Under the pieces are notes generated by a model. That model did not search any database. It was not told where the DNA came from and worked only from the letters and a program-made list of their open reading frames with translations. Made by a program: the position numbers and the translations under genes. Positions 1 through 11,096 of a stretch of DNA of 64,000 bases are shown here, piece by piece (within the stretch, counting starts at the first letter, position 1; every line of letters begins with the position of its first letter). The stretch covers positions 32,001-96,000 of the forward strand of contig CAVZDU010000005.1 of NCBI GenBank assembly GCA_963774265.1, in the 5' to 3' direction. The DNA comes from an uncultured Chloroflexia bacterium. Lineage in GTDB: Bacteria; Chloroflexota; Anaerolineae; CG2-30-64-16.

Positions 1-123
1 CTGGGTGATGCTGCTCCGACCAACACCGGTGCCGGCCCCGGCCGGTCGGTTGCGCTGTGGGGCGGGCTGGGCGCGCTGCTGGTCGCTATAGCCGTGGGCG
101 TGCTCATCAAAGTGCGCCACTGA
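1..123 (+). CDS. 3' end of a gene entering the window; C-terminal hydrophobic helix plus basic tail (membrane anchor)
   Basis: Frame 1 reads LGDAAPTNTGAGPGRSVALWGGLGALLVAIAVGVLIKVRH then TGA at 121-123. Confidence 0.55.
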   Translation: MGDAAPTNTGAGPGRSVALWGGLGALLVAIAVGVLIKVRH

Positions 124-197
124 GGGGTCTTCGACCCAAGGGCGAGACATGCGACCTACACATCATACCGCCCTCTCAGAGGCAAGGAGCAATCGAA

Positions 198-1784
198 ATG
201 ACTCACTGGAAAAGATCGCCGAGGGCCGGCCTGGGGGTGCTGGCCTTGGCATTGGCGCTCGCAATGATTGCGCCAGGGACGCAGTATTCCCTGGCGGCGG
301 GCACCACCATCTATGTCGATGCCGATGCAACCGGAACCCAAACCGGGATGTCGTGGGCGAATGCCTTCACTAACCTGCAAGATGGCCTGGATGCAGCCGC
401 AACCTCACCCGCTGAGATCTGGGTGGCGGAGGGAACCTACAAGCCAACAACTACATACGGCGGCACGGGCGACCGCTACAAGTCTTTCCAGCTGCGGAAC
501 GGCGTGGCCCTCTACGGCGGGTTCGACCCGAGCGTGGGCCACGACACCTTCCCGGAACGCAACTGGGTGGCTCACCCCACCATCCTCAGCGGCGACCTGG
601 GGACTCCCGCCGACAACGCTGATAACAGCTACCACGTCTTCTACCACCCGAGCGGCACGAATCTCGACAGCAGCGCCATCCTGGACGGCTTTACGATCAC
701 GGGCGGCAACGCAAACGGCAGCAGCGGCCCCGAGTCCTCGGGCGGTGGGATGTACAACACCGGCTCGCCGACGCTGACCCGCTGCATCTTCGTAGGCAAC
801 AACGCGGCAGCCAACGGCGGCGGGATTTACAACACCGGATCGCCGGTGCTGACTAACTGCGTTTTTGCCGGCAATTCAGCCGGCGCAAACGGGGACGGGG
901 GCGGGATGTCCAACCACAATTCCGCCGTGCCTCGACTTATCAACTCCATTTTCACGGGCAACTCGGCCAGAGACGGCGGCGGGATGTACAACGCCGGCTC
1001 CGCGCCTCAATTGGTTGGCTGCACCTTCTGGGGCAACTCGACCCCTGGACTTGGCACTGGGGGGATGATCAACTACGCCTCCCGACTTACAACACTGACT
1101 AACTGCATCCTGTGGGGCAACAAGAATAGCCAGATCCTCTCCAGCCCCAAGTTGGCGGATGGAGCCGTTCGATACAGCGATATTCAGGGCGGGTACGCGT
1201 CTCCAGGGTTCAACATCAACCAGGATCCGTTGTTTGTGGATCCGGACGGTGCGGATGGTGTTCTCGGCACCGCAGACGATGATGTGCGGCTGGGTGCGGG
1301 CTCGCCGGCCATGAACGCGGGCAGCAACAGCTTGCTGCCCGCCGATACGACCGATCTGGACAGAGACGGCAACGCGACAGAAGCGATCCCCCTGGACCTG
1401 GACAGCTACCCGCGTGTCGTCAACGGTGCGGTCGATATGGGCGCTTACGAGCGCCAGAATCCGCCGCCCGCGCTGAACGTGGGTTCGTCGAATAGCGGAA
1501 ACAACGTCCTCTTGACTTTCGCGCACGCGGGAGAAGGCGTCACCTATCAGGTCTGGCGCGGGGCACATCCTGATTTTGTCGTGTTGAGCGAGGGGACCAA
1601 CCTGGGGAACGTCTGCAAGATCTCCGGCGCCTCCGTCACGTGCACACTCGTGGACGCCATCACCAACCCGCCAATCACCTCTTTCTACGTGGTGCGCGCG
1701 TCCTACGCGGCACAAGGCGGCGCGTTCTCGGATTCCGATCGCACCGGGGTGATCGGTTTTATCCTGGCGCCGGGCAGTAGTTAG
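198..1784 (+). CDS. Secreted right-handed parallel beta-helix (choice-of-anchor Q-like) protein with C-terminal FN3-like domain
   Basis: AAGGAG RBS before ATG 198; signal peptide; IYVDADATG...SWANAFTNLQDGL, EIWVAEGTY, GGGMYN/FxGN repeats, DLDSYPRVVNGAVDMGAYE. Confidence 0.8.
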   Translation: MTHWKRSPRAGLGVLALALALAMIAPGTQYSLAAGTTIYVDADATGTQTGMSWANAFTNLQDGLDAAATSPAEIWVAEGTYKPTTTYGGTGDRYKSFQLRNGVALYGGFDPSVGHDTFPERNWVAHPTILSGDLGTPADNADNSYHVFYHPSGTNLDSSAILDGFTITGGNANGSSGPESSGGGMYNTGSPTLTRCIFVGNNAAANGGGIYNTGSPVLTNCVFAGNSAGANGDGGGMSNHNSAVPRLINSIFTGNSARDGGGMYNAGSAPQLVGCTFWGNSTPGLGTGGMINYASRLTTLTNCILWGNKNSQILSSPKLADGAVRYSDIQGGYASPGFNINQDPLFVDPDGADGVLGTADDDVRLGAGSPAMNAGSNSLLPADTTDLDRDGNATEAIPLDLDSYPRVVNGAVDMGAYERQNPPPALNVGSSNSGNNVLLTFAHAGEGVTYQVWRGAHPDFVVLSEGTNLGNVCKISGASVTCTLVDAITNPPITSFYVVRASYAAQGGAFSDSDRTGVIGFILAPGSS

Positions 1785-2073
1785 CCTGGGTCGATCTGCC
1801 GTCGTGGGCCGGCGAAGAGGGCCGTCCACGACGGCATTCAGCATGTAGCCAGGAATTCCAATCGCGGGGAAGGTGCCGAACACCAAGTGGGATGCGGCCA
1901 AACGTGTCATGGCGATCCGTGCGGGTCGATCGGGCGGAAAACGAAGAGCGGACCTGCCACACTACCGGCAGATCCGCTCCCTACCTGGAGAGGCCGAGCT
2001 AGTCTCTCGGCCCCCGCAACTCAACGCCCCGGCACTGCCCGCGCCGCCTGGCGCAGCAGACCCGTCCCAGGCA

Positions 2074-3764
2074 TCACGGCCTGAAGATCAGCGGCGCGAA
2101 GAGCTTCATCGAAACCACTGTGATCGTAAACTCCGTGCTGCCAATGCCCCCGTCACCGTCGCTGACGGTTACCTTCAGGACGTAGGTCCCCACCGCCAGC
2201 TTCGATCCCGGCAGGGTCGCCATCGTACAAGTGGTCTTGGCGCCACTCGGCGTGCAGGTGGGCAGGGGCGTTACCCCCAGCCCCGAAGGCAGCCCTGGCT
2301 GCGACGCGCCGCCATTCTTGGTCCAACTGGTCACCACGGAGAGCGGCATATCGACTGTCACATCCGTGGCCGACACCGTGACCACCGCGACCGCACCTGG
2401 ATACTGCACCGTCTGCGTCGGTCGATCATTGGTCACGACTGGGGCCACGTTGGCGATGGTGATCGTGGCAGTTGCCGTATCACACCCACCCCGGTCGTCA
2501 CACACCTGCAGCGTCACCGTCTGCGTGTCCGGCCCGTCGCGGATGAGCGCGGAGAAGACGGGGTTCTGGCCGGTCGTTTCGAAGGTGCCGTCGTTGTTCA
2601 GGTCCCAGACGTACGTCAACGGGTCCGCCTTCCGGGTCGGTGGCCGTGCCGGCCAGCGTGATCTGCTCGCCCTCGTTCACGACGTAGGGGCCGCCGGCGT
2701 CGGCCGTCGGCAATTCATTGGGGACGGTGATCTCGATGGCGGTCGAGCTCGACGCCGCCATCGTGATCGTCGAAGGAGATCGTCACGCGGTAGAGGCCGC
2801 GCCCCATCTGCGCCACGCCGCCCAGGAGCCAGGTGCACGTGGTCAACGGGTCGCCCGGAGTGCAGCTGCCCGCGGTCAGCGTCAGGCCGGCCGGCAGCCC
2901 GCTGTTGGCAGCGCCGCCATCTTTGGTCCACGTGGTCGAGACGCCGAAGGGTATATCGCCCGGCACATCGGCCGCGGAGATGGTGACCACCTGGAGCGCG
3001 GTGTAGCGCGGAACAAGCTGCGCCGGGCAGGTTGTTGGTCACCAGCGGCGCCACGTTGGTGATGGTGATCGTCGTCGTGTCTTCGTCACACTCGCCCAGG
3101 TCGTCACACACCTGCAGCACCACGACCCGCTCTGCAGGCCCATCGTCGCCGTAGAAGGTCACGTTCTGGCCGGCCGTCTCGAAGCTGCCGTTGTTGTCGA
3201 GGTCCCAGAAGTAGGTCAGCGTGTCGCCGTCCGGGTCGGTGCCCGTGCCGGTCAAGGTAATCTGATGGCCCTCGGCCACCGTGTAGGGGCCGCCGGCCTC
3301 AGCCGTGGGCGGGTAGTTCGGGTCGATGAACACGACCGTGATCGTGATGTCTGTGTACCCGACACCCTCCTGGGGGTCGGTGACCGTGACGCGCACGATG
3401 TACGTGCCCGGCGGCGACCGCCATCGTGCCGGACAGCATCCAGGTGCAGGTGGTCTCACCGCCGCTCGGCGTACAGCCGCTGGGCGCCAGGGCCAGCTCC
3501 GGTGGCAGCCCAACCTGCAGCGGCCCGCCGTTCGCCGACCAGGCGGTCGTGACGAAAGCGTGTTCCATGTCGGCCGTGACATCGGTGGCCCAAATCGTGA
3601 CCGGGGAAGATCGGCTTGAAGTACAGCACGACCTGCGCCGGTCGACTATTGGTCACGGCGATCGCTGATGCCGGCGATGCCGGCGCGGCGGTCAGTGGCA
3701 GGGGCACAAGCAGCCCCTGGGCCAGGAGGATCAGGGTCAGAGCGATGGCGAAAGTTCGTTTCAT
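2074..3764 (-). CDS. Secreted PKD/Ig-like repeat protein (frameshifted in this sequence), C-terminus KLFAPLIFRP
   Basis: Signal peptide MKRTFAIALTLILLAQG; repeated PTA(E/D)AGGPY.V.EG..ITL.GT.TDP.G...Y.WDL..(D/N)G.FET.GQN and VTN..P..TVQY modules spread over several frames. Confidence 0.7.
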
Positions 3765-3964
3765 GGGGTCTCCTTTGCTGGTTGGTGCGGCCGCCGGGAG
3801 CAGCCGCGAGAATAATGACTTGCGCAGGTGATCACACTTCATTTGTCAGCGGCCGCGAGATCGAGACAAGAAGACCTGCTGCTCTATCTACCGATCGATG
3901 AAGTCCGCCTGCAGGTGACGGATTACTCAGCGGGACAGGCGGTCACGTGGCCTTGACGCGGATA

Positions 3965-3993
3965 ATTATACCAGACTCTACAAAAAGCAACAA
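3965..3993 (-). promoter_or_regulatory. Candidate sigma70 promoter for the PKD gene
   Basis: Minus strand TTGTTG-17 nt-TATAAT with TGn extended -10. Confidence 0.4.
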
Positions 3994-4503
3994 GTCATCG
4001 AATTGACGCGCCAGGATTTCCAACTGCGAGTCCCCTATAAGAGAAGGGGGCCGAACTCGCGTTCTTAAGGAACTCGGTACAATCGTAGCTGTAAGCGTGC
4101 AGCAGTCGATCACGGGGTTGAAGTAGCCTGTATCGTGCGAACAGGCGGCATCTGCAACCGGCGCACATCAGCAATGTGAATGAGTTGCCCGAGAAGCGGC
4201 GGCAACGTCTCGAGACATCGTGGGCCGGGATGTTTCGGCGCGAGTTTCTCAGCCGGCTCAACCAAGACGCGTTTGAGAAGCCCTTCAGCGGCAGCTAAGC
4301 GAGGCGGATCGCCTGCAATATGCGGAGTTGGGCATGTATGTCGGCGAAACGGCACAACGCCATCGTCGCTGTTCACCCCGAGATGCAGTTGGTAGTTGTC
4401 CCTTCTTTTAGGAGACACACATGTGGACTTCCTGTCGCCAGTCCGTTTGGTTTGCGGCGCTTGATGTGATATTCTGAATCAACCACGGTCTGGAGTACGC
4501 CCG

Positions 4504-5592
4504 TTGAGTCATCGCCCCCTGGTTCGCTTGATCGCCGCGCTGGTGTTTTTGCTCGCCGGCGGCGCGCTTGGGGGCTGCCGGGGGGGAACCGATACGCCGC
4601 AGCCGGCGCCAACCGCGACTGCCACCTCTGAGGCTACTCACACCCCCTCTCCCATACCGACCGCGCAGCCGACCTCCACGCCTAGCCCGACCGCCTCGCC
4701 CGCGCCAGAGGCGACGGTCCCGCGGCCGTCGCGGCCGGCAACGCCGGACGTGGTGCGCCCGAAGATCGAGATCGTCTGGCCCCACGGCGGCGCGGCCGTC
4801 GAGGAGGCGGACCTCGCGAACATCACCGTTTACCTGTTGGCCGGGGACGGTACGGCTCCCACGCCCGCGCTGCTCGATTCGTCGCGGTGCGATTGGAGCC
4901 CGACCGTGCGCCTGTGGTCCGCGGTCAACAACCAGCCGATGCGGCAGGTAGGCATCGGGGAGAAGCGCATGGTGACCGCGTCAGGTCGTACGTTCCGCGC
5001 ATGGGACTTCAATGACGTCGACGTGAAGGCCGCGCGCGATCCGGCCAACAAGCTCGCATTCTATGTCACGGTGGATGGCGTGCGGACCCTATCCAATGTC
5101 TGGGCCCACGCGGCGGACGCGCGCACCCTCTTCCCCCAGCAGGACAATCCGACCAGCGTCCTGCGCGTCCGGCCCCCAGCCGTCGATGCCCGCATCCAGA
5201 TCGTGTGGCCTAAGGATGGCTTGCCCGTGCAGCAGGCGCAGGCGGCCAATATCACCGTCTATCTCTTCACCGTGGGCACGATGCAGGCTGTCGCCCCTGA
5301 CACCGGGTGGTCGCCGGGTGTGCGGCTGCACTGGAGCGTTGGCAACGAGGCGGAGGCCGCGCCGGGGCAGGGCGTGTTGGGCGCACCGCGCGTGGTGAGC
5401 GGCGCGAACGGTGTGAGCTTCCTTGCGTGGGACTTCAACGATGTGGATGTCAGCGCGGCGAACGATTCGCTGAACCGGCTTTTCTTCTGGGTGACGGTCG
5501 ACGGGGTGCCGACCTATAGCAATATCTGGGCGCACGCGGTCGATGCGCGCACCTTGTTCCCTCAGCCCGAAGTGCTCAACTCCTGCAAGTGA
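4504..5592 (+). CDS. Lipoprotein with Pro/Thr linker and two tandem copies of an unrecognised ~140-aa domain
   Basis: Lipobox ALGGC; duplicated I.IVWP..G.....A..ANITVYL...AWDFNDVDV.AA.D..N.L.F.VTVDGV...SN.WAHA.DARTLFPQ. Confidence 0.75.
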   Translation: MSHRPLVRLIAALVFLLAGGALGGCRGGTDTPQPAPTATATSEATHTPSPIPTAQPTSTPSPTASPAPEATVPRPSRPATPDVVRPKIEIVWPHGGAAVEEADLANITVYLLAGDGTAPTPALLDSSRCDWSPTVRLWSAVNNQPMRQVGIGEKRMVTASGRTFRAWDFNDVDVKAARDPANKLAFYVTVDGVRTLSNVWAHAADARTLFPQQDNPTSVLRVRPPAVDARIQIVWPKDGLPVQQAQAANITVYLFTVGTMQAVAPDTGWSPGVRLHWSVGNEAEAAPGQGVLGAPRVVSGANGVSFLAWDFNDVDVSAANDSLNRLFFWVTVDGVPTYSNIWAHAVDARTLFPQPEVLNSCK

Positions 5593-5605
5593 GGGGCGGC
5601 TGAGC

Positions 5606-7591
5606 TCAGCGCGCGAGTTTGAGTGACGGATCGCCCAACAGATTGAACGTCAGCAGGATGTCGCGCACGCCACCGGCCTGATCGGGCAGCGCCATTTGCG
5701 CGTCGAGCACGATATCGCCCAACGAGCGCGTGCCTGGCCTGGCCAGCGCATCGGCCAGCCCCAGCGCCAACAGCCGCTGATCAGTCAGCACCGCCGCACT
5801 GCTCGGCACCAGCGCTGCGACCGCGCCTCCGCCCGCGCGGCGTAGCAGCACCTCGCTCAACGAGACCGTGGTGGGGTGCTCGAAGAAGCCGCTCAGGCAG
5901 GTCACCGTGAAGACGATCGGCAGGCGCCCGGAATTGTCCAGTTTCGCCGCATCCTCTACGTCGAACACCTTTTCCTTGGCCCACAGCGTCACGCTGCCGT
6001 GTCCGAAGTAGCCGATCAATCCGGCGCCGTCCCGAAAGCTGGCCCCCAAAGCTGCGCGGGCGTTCGCGCCGTCGCCCTCGATGGTCACCTGCTGCGAGGT
6101 GTAGCCCAGGCGGTTGGCGAACGCGGCCGCTTCCTCGGCGAAGCCCGGCTCATCGTTGTCCGCGACCAGCAACACGTCCGATCGCCACCTCAGGTCGCCG
6201 GCCTGGCGCTCGTAGGCCAGCGTCTTCTGCACCATAATCGCCAACTGCTCGGCGGTCTGCGCCGGGAAGCGCCCCACGGCGAAAGCGGGTCTTGTTGTCG
6301 GCCCGTCGTCGGGCAGCGCGTACCACACATCCGAGCCGGTCCAGCCCGAGAAGGTCGTGTAGACGCTCCGGGTCGGCACGAGATCGCTTTCAGTCCCCTT
6401 CAGCCAGCCCATCGGATCGTAGCTCGCGTCGCCGGCCAACAACAGGTAGGCTGGGGCCGGCGCAGTCCACTTCTGCCGGGCGTGCCGCATGAGCGCCTGG
6501 AGGGCTGCGGGATCGATGCGCCCGTGGCTGAACGCGTCGTAGACCTGCTCGACATCGAGCACCGCGACGCGCAGCCCCTGCGCCGTGCGCGCTGCAACCA
6601 ATGGCTTGAGGGTATCGCGGAACTGGGGCACGGTGATGATGACGAGGTCCGCGCCGCCGGGCCAGTCGGGCAGCGGATTCTCTGTGGTGGCCGCGATGGC
6701 GACTGGGGTCAGCACCGCGGCCGCATTGGCGGCCGCATCATCCGGCGCGGGCGTGCGGGGGTAGGCTATTTCCACCCACCGCAGATGCAGCGAGTCCGCG
6801 GCCGCGCCGGTGTCGCCCGGTGCGTCGATGACCAATTGATTCTCGTCCGGCTTCAGCACGCCGGCCGGGATGAGGGCGGTGACAAGGTGCGGACGCGCGC
6901 CATCCCACGCAGCATCAGAAATAAGCGTTCCGTTGAGGCTGATGAGGAGCCGGTGATCCGGGTCAACAGGCGCAGACGACTTGCTGATGACGAAGACCCG
7001 CAGCTCGCCGGGTCCCGCAGTCATGCCCGGGGCAGCGAGTGTGATTTTCGCTTCGGCCGGGGCGAAGAGCGTCTGCCAGTACCAGCGATCGGAGATCGCT
7101 TCGGCCTGGCCATCGTAAGCCAGGTCTCGTTCAAGACGGACGGTGGCAGTGACGACGCCGGTCGTTGAAACCGGCGTTGGCGTCGCTTGCGGGCGAGGCG
7201 CGGTCTCTGCTGCGCCCTGGGTTGCCCCTGTGACGCGACGCAGCCAGTAGACGTTGCGGGGCGTATAGGAATCGGAAGAAAGCCGCAGGCCATGAAAACG
7301 CACGGCAGCGTCACGGCCCTGGCCCACCAACTCGAACGCGATGGGCTGCCCTCCGACCGATAGCGCGAGCTGATCGGCGGTGGCTGACGCCAGGTCGAAT
7401 CCAGCCCTGGCCAGCTCCGCGGCCGTCACCTGGTAAATGCCATCTTCCTCCAGGCTGATCTTGACCGCGGACACGCTCTCTGCCGGCGGCGCAACGCACC
7501 CCGAGAGGAGGGCGACAAGCGCCAGGCCAAGGAACGCAAGGCCGATCGGGATCGAGCGGGAGTAAGTTCGGACATTGACCATAGAACTCAA
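5606..7591 (-). CDS. C25 family (gingipain/PorU-like) cysteine peptidase, lipoprotein
   Basis: Lipobox LLSGC; G+Y.VT..EL N-terminal motif, YLLLAGDASYD, VGRFPA, GHGS and TVTC His/Cys dyad, FNLLGDP. Confidence 0.88.
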   Translation of the reverse strand: MSSMVNVRTYSRSIPIGLAFLGLALVALLSGCVAPPAESVSAVKISLEEDGIYQVTAAELARAGFDLASATADQLALSVGGQPIAFELVGQGRDAAVRFHGLRLSSDSYTPRNVYWLRRVTGATQGAAETAPRPQATPTPVSTTGVVTATVRLERDLAYDGQAEAISDRWYWQTLFAPAEAKITLAAPGMTAGPGELRVFVISKSSAPVDPDHRLLISLNGTLISDAAWDGARPHLVTALIPAGVLKPDENQLVIDAPGDTGAAADSLHLRWVEIAYPRTPAPDDAAANAAAVLTPVAIAATTENPLPDWPGGADLVIITVPQFRDTLKPLVAARTAQGLRVAVLDVEQVYDAFSHGRIDPAALQALMRHARQKWTAPAPAYLLLAGDASYDPMGWLKGTESDLVPTRSVYTTFSGWTGSDVWYALPDDGPTTRPAFAVGRFPAQTAEQLAIMVQKTLAYERQAGDLRWRSDVLLVADNDEPGFAEEAAAFANRLGYTSQQVTIEGDGANARAALGASFRDGAGLIGYFGHGSVTLWAKEKVFDVEDAAKLDNSGRLPIVFTVTCLSGFFEHPTTVSLSEVLLRRAGGGAVAALVPSSAAVLTDQRLLALGLADALARPGTRSLGDIVLDAQMALPDQAGGVRDILLTFNLLGDPSLKLAR

Positions 7592-8532
7592 GGTTGTCGG
7601 GAACGCATATACAGCAGCGCCGCAGCCAACAGCCCGGCCAGCCCGATGGCGCTGCCGCCGATCACCCAGGCAAGTGCTGTGTTCCTTCCACTCTGCGCCG
7701 CTGCCTGCGAGGCTGCGTCCGGCGACGGTGTGGCGCTCGGGCCCGAGGCCTCGAAGATGCTTGGCGTGCTTTCGCGTGGCGGCCGCGGCGTCGCGGTTTC
7801 CAGGCCTGCAGGCTGGACCTGGGGCGTTGGGGTCAGCGCCGGCAGTTGAGTGGGCGCCGGCTCAATTGGAGCGGGAACGACGCTGGCCGGCGCTTGTGGG
7901 GCTGTGCCGGTGGGCGTCTTCACCGACGCAGCCGGCAGGGACGTTGCCGTTCGCCGCACGACGGGGGGCGCGGTAGACTGAACGCCTGGAAGCGGCGTGC
8001 CGGATGGAACGGCCGGGGTGTTTGTGAACTGCCGTGTTGCCGTCGGCGGCGGCGTGTCAGTCAGAGGGATGCCAGTTATCGTAGGGCGCGAGGTCGCGGT
8101 CGGATTCCTGGTGACCGTGGCCGTGGCGGTAGATGTTGAGGTGTCGGCGGGCAGATCAATCCCGGCCCAGATTGGCCCGAATTGTGACGTGCCCGCGTTT
8201 GACAGTTCCTCCAGGAGGTAGAAGTACCTGACCCCACTCGTCACTGTCAGATCAGTGTACTCGTAGATTGCGCCGGTGACGACGTTGCCTTTTGGACCTT
8301 GAGCATCGATGGGCGTCCCCCAACTGGATGGCGAAGCGATCTGAGCGCGAAAGAGCCGAAAGCCAGAGGTATCCAGTTCGGTTGCAGTCTCCCACACGAC
8401 CAGGATGGAATTGCCTTGGTGCGCGCTTGCCTCAAAGCGCACCAGGGTTACGGCGGCCAGAACGGTGTGAACAGGCACGACCAGACACAACACAGCCATG
8501 ATCATGACGGCCAGTAGATGTTTACGGTGCAT
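7588..8532 (-). CDS. Membrane-anchored protein: signal peptide, AVTL/WET Ig-FN3-like domain, Pro/Thr-rich linker, C-terminal TM with basic tail
   Basis: MHRKHLLAV...VLA|AVTLVRFEA...VVWETATELDTSGFRLFRA...YEYTD......YFYLLEEL; ends LAWVIGGSAIGLAGLLAAALLYMRSRQP. Confidence 0.75.
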   Translation of the reverse strand: MHRKHLLAVMIMAVLCLVVPVHTVLAAVTLVRFEASAHQGNSILVVWETATELDTSGFRLFRAQIASPSSWGTPIDAQGPKGNVVTGAIYEYTDLTVTSGVRYFYLLEELSNAGTSQFGPIWAGIDLPADTSTSTATATVTRNPTATSRPTITGIPLTDTPPPTATRQFTNTPAVPSGTPLPGVQSTAPPVVRRTATSLPAASVKTPTGTAPQAPASVVPAPIEPAPTQLPALTPTPQVQPAGLETATPRPPRESTPSIFEASGPSATPSPDAASQAAAQSGRNTALAWVIGGSAIGLAGLLAAALLYMRSRQP

Positions 8533-8561
8533 GTCGATGTTTCTACTCCCGGGCGCGAACA

Positions 8562-10964
8562 TCACCGCGTGACCACCGGCAAGAACAGTCTCGTTGGCGA
8601 GGCCGGCAACCGCATGGCGGGATCGCCAAACAAGGTCATCGTGTCGATCAGGTAGTGCTTGCCATACACTTGGCTGAACTGCTGCTTTGCGATGGTCAAC
8701 GCAACACCAACCTCTCGTATGTTGTCTTTGAACATAACGTCGAGAAGGATCTTCCGGAATGCCAGCTGGTGCGACGTTGTGCCCAAGCCGGACGGCGAGA
8801 CGGCGGCAATGGAGCCGCCCCCGGCGTGGCGCTGCATCAGTTCCGCGATGCTGAACCTCGCAGGGTCCGGATGTGCGAAGTAGCCATCGAGACAGTTGAA
8901 GGTCATGATCAGGGGCAGCTTCTCGCCATTTACGAGGGCAGGGATGTGGGAGCTGCGCCAGATGCTTTCGTGAGTCCATCGCTCCGGCGCGCCGTGTCCG
9001 GTGAATTGAACCATGAAGGCGCCGGCCTGGAGCGCGTCCGCGAGGGTCGAGTGGGTTGCCGCGATCTGCTCGGGAGTGGCAGGTGTGACGGCATCGCCGG
9101 GCAGGTACGCACGCACCACCTGGAGATCCGTTGGGGTATAGCCGGCGATGATCTCGTCGGACACTGCGGGAAAGTCGCCGGAAGAGTCCGGATTGTCGGC
9201 CACGAATAGCGCGCGGCGCTGCCAGTCCGCAATGCGCAGGTTTTCGTCGTAAGAAACGATCTTGTCCACCACGGTTCGCGCCTCGGCCAGTGTATTCACG
9301 GCGAGCCGGCCCACCGCAATCTCAGGCACCCTGTCGTCATCGATATCACCGAACTGGGCATCTGCCGGCACCTCGCCCTGCCATGGGTCCACCCACGCTA
9401 AGAAGGGCGGAATGTGCTGGGGCTGCAGGGGGTAGACTGCTTGATTGTTACCCTTGAAGTTCCAATGGCCGTCGCCGACGAGGGTCAAGTAAGCCGGCGC
9501 AGGCGACTGCCAATTGGCCACGGCCCATTTCATCATCACCTGCACGGCCTTTGGATGGAAGATGCCGTCGTTAAACTCATCGTACGCGTCCTGGATATCG
9601 ACCACCAGGGCACGGCGGTCATGAGCGCGATGCCACCCTGCCAGTTGCTCTGCCGCGACCCTTAGTTCAGCCGAAGTAACGATAACTGCGTCGGCGCCTC
9701 CCGCGGGATTGCGTAACCCGGTGGGGGGCCGTATCCGGATCGAAGCTGGCGCCTCAGCGGTGGTTGCGGTTTGTATCCAATACCGGCTGCCGACGGTGGT
9801 ATTGACGCGGAACCGGACGGTCACATCGGGACCTGATGCGGGTGGAGCGGATAGACGTACAGGATGCTTTGTGTCGGTGATATCCCAAATGAGCGTCTCA
9901 GGGCTTGACCAGCCTGATGCGGCGTACTCCTGGATTCCTCCCTCCTCCGATCGGAAGTCTAGCCGGTCCCCCCACGCGCGGAAAAGGCGACGATAATCCA
10001 GCTCCCAATAGTTCACATAAATGTCGTCATTGGGGACGCCGGGAAGCAGCATGGCGCTCACTGTCAGCGTGTTGGTTCCATGTGTCAGACCTCCTGCGGG
10101 AACAGGAGCGTTGAACACCTTTCGTACGGAGAGGCCATCCCAATTCTCGTCGAGGATTGTCGCACCGTTTAGCGTCGCCACCGTGCGATGGTCGGGGTTC
10201 AGATTCCACACGTATGCGTTGCTGATTTCCTCCAGGCGCAGCGTGGCGGCCGCGGCCGCCGGATATGGCACCACGTAGGGCAAATCGGCGGTGGCCGTCT
10301 GAGCCAGGATCCCGTTCCAGATTTGATCGGGTTCGGATCGCCTCTCGACGGCCGGTGCTGCGGCCCCTGCAGATAATGCCACCGGGCTCAAGCGGCTCCA
10401 AAACCACGTGTCCTGTGTATCCAAGCCCAGGGTGTATAATGTCCACCAAACATTCGACTCCTCGGCTCGTAACGTGGTCGCAAAATCCGTAGGCGGGGTG
10501 CGATCGTATTGAGGTGTGGCATCCCGCACCTCGATGCGCGGCCCCGTGGCGCCCCCGATGTCCAGCCAATACACGCGTTCATCCGTGTACTTCTGGTCCA
10601 TTTCTGGCCCGCGGAACTTCTCGCCGAAGAAATAGAGCGCATCACCCCCGTCGAATATCCCGTTGCCATCATCCGTCACATGGATTGCGACAGGTTGCCC
10701 CAGGCTCGACAGGGCGAAAGTGTTTGGGTTGGCGCCCGCGAGATTTGGATCGGCGTTCGCCAGATCGGCCGGCGTGACCTTTGTGATGCCGTCTTTGACG
10801 ACGCCAATGCGGACGCGGACAGGCCCTGCGGCCTCGGTACGCCGCGCGGTTGCGGGCGGCAGCATGGCAGTCAGGGCCAGAAGCAGGGCCAGGACAAGGG
10901 ATGCGGACCGGGAAAAGCGAACGGCCGGCCGCACCTTGGAGTGCATGATCGGTGTTAGTTGCAT
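8562..10964 (-). CDS. C25 family (gingipain/PorU-like) cysteine peptidase, secreted; C-terminus RLFLPVVTR
   Basis: DGITKVT..DL, YFFGE...YTDERVYWL, YLTLVGDG, IAVGRL, FTGHG and TFNC dyad, LFGDP. Start codon approximate (ORF open to 11030). Confidence 0.88.
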   Translation of the reverse strand: MQLTPIMHSKVRPAVRFSRSASLVLALLLALTAMLPPATARRTEAAGPVRVRIGVVKDGITKVTPADLANADPNLAGANPNTFALSSLGQPVAIHVTDDGNGIFDGGDALYFFGEKFRGPEMDQKYTDERVYWLDIGGATGPRIEVRDATPQYDRTPPTDFATTLRAEESNVWWTLYTLGLDTQDTWFWSRLSPVALSAGAAAPAVERRSEPDQIWNGILAQTATADLPYVVPYPAAAAATLRLEEISNAYVWNLNPDHRTVATLNGATILDENWDGLSVRKVFNAPVPAGGLTHGTNTLTVSAMLLPGVPNDDIYVNYWELDYRRLFRAWGDRLDFRSEEGGIQEYAASGWSSPETLIWDITDTKHPVRLSAPPASGPDVTVRFRVNTTVGSRYWIQTATTAEAPASIRIRPPTGLRNPAGGADAVIVTSAELRVAAEQLAGWHRAHDRRALVVDIQDAYDEFNDGIFHPKAVQVMMKWAVANWQSPAPAYLTLVGDGHWNFKGNNQAVYPLQPQHIPPFLAWVDPWQGEVPADAQFGDIDDDRVPEIAVGRLAVNTLAEARTVVDKIVSYDENLRIADWQRRALFVADNPDSSGDFPAVSDEIIAGYTPTDLQVVRAYLPGDAVTPATPEQIAATHSTLADALQAGAFMVQFTGHGAPERWTHESIWRSSHIPALVNGEKLPLIMTFNCLDGYFAHPDPARFSIAELMQRHAGGGSIAAVSPSGLGTTSHQLAFRKILLDVMFKDNIREVGVALTIAKQQFSQVYGKHYLIDTMTLFGDPAMRLPASPTRLFLPVVTR

Positions 10965-11096
10965 CGTGAAACCTTCGAAGGAAAAATACGCCAGACGCAC
11001 GCCCGGATCAAGGCGAGGCGTCTGGCGCAACAGTGCGAACGTAGGGCTGGATCGTTAGCACAAGTATATCGGTCGCAGGGGGGGTTGTCAAATGAT

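Noticed and set aside
3995-4480. Short ORFs in the intergenic region between divergent genes
   Set aside because: No recognisable domains or convincing RBS; cannot be supported.
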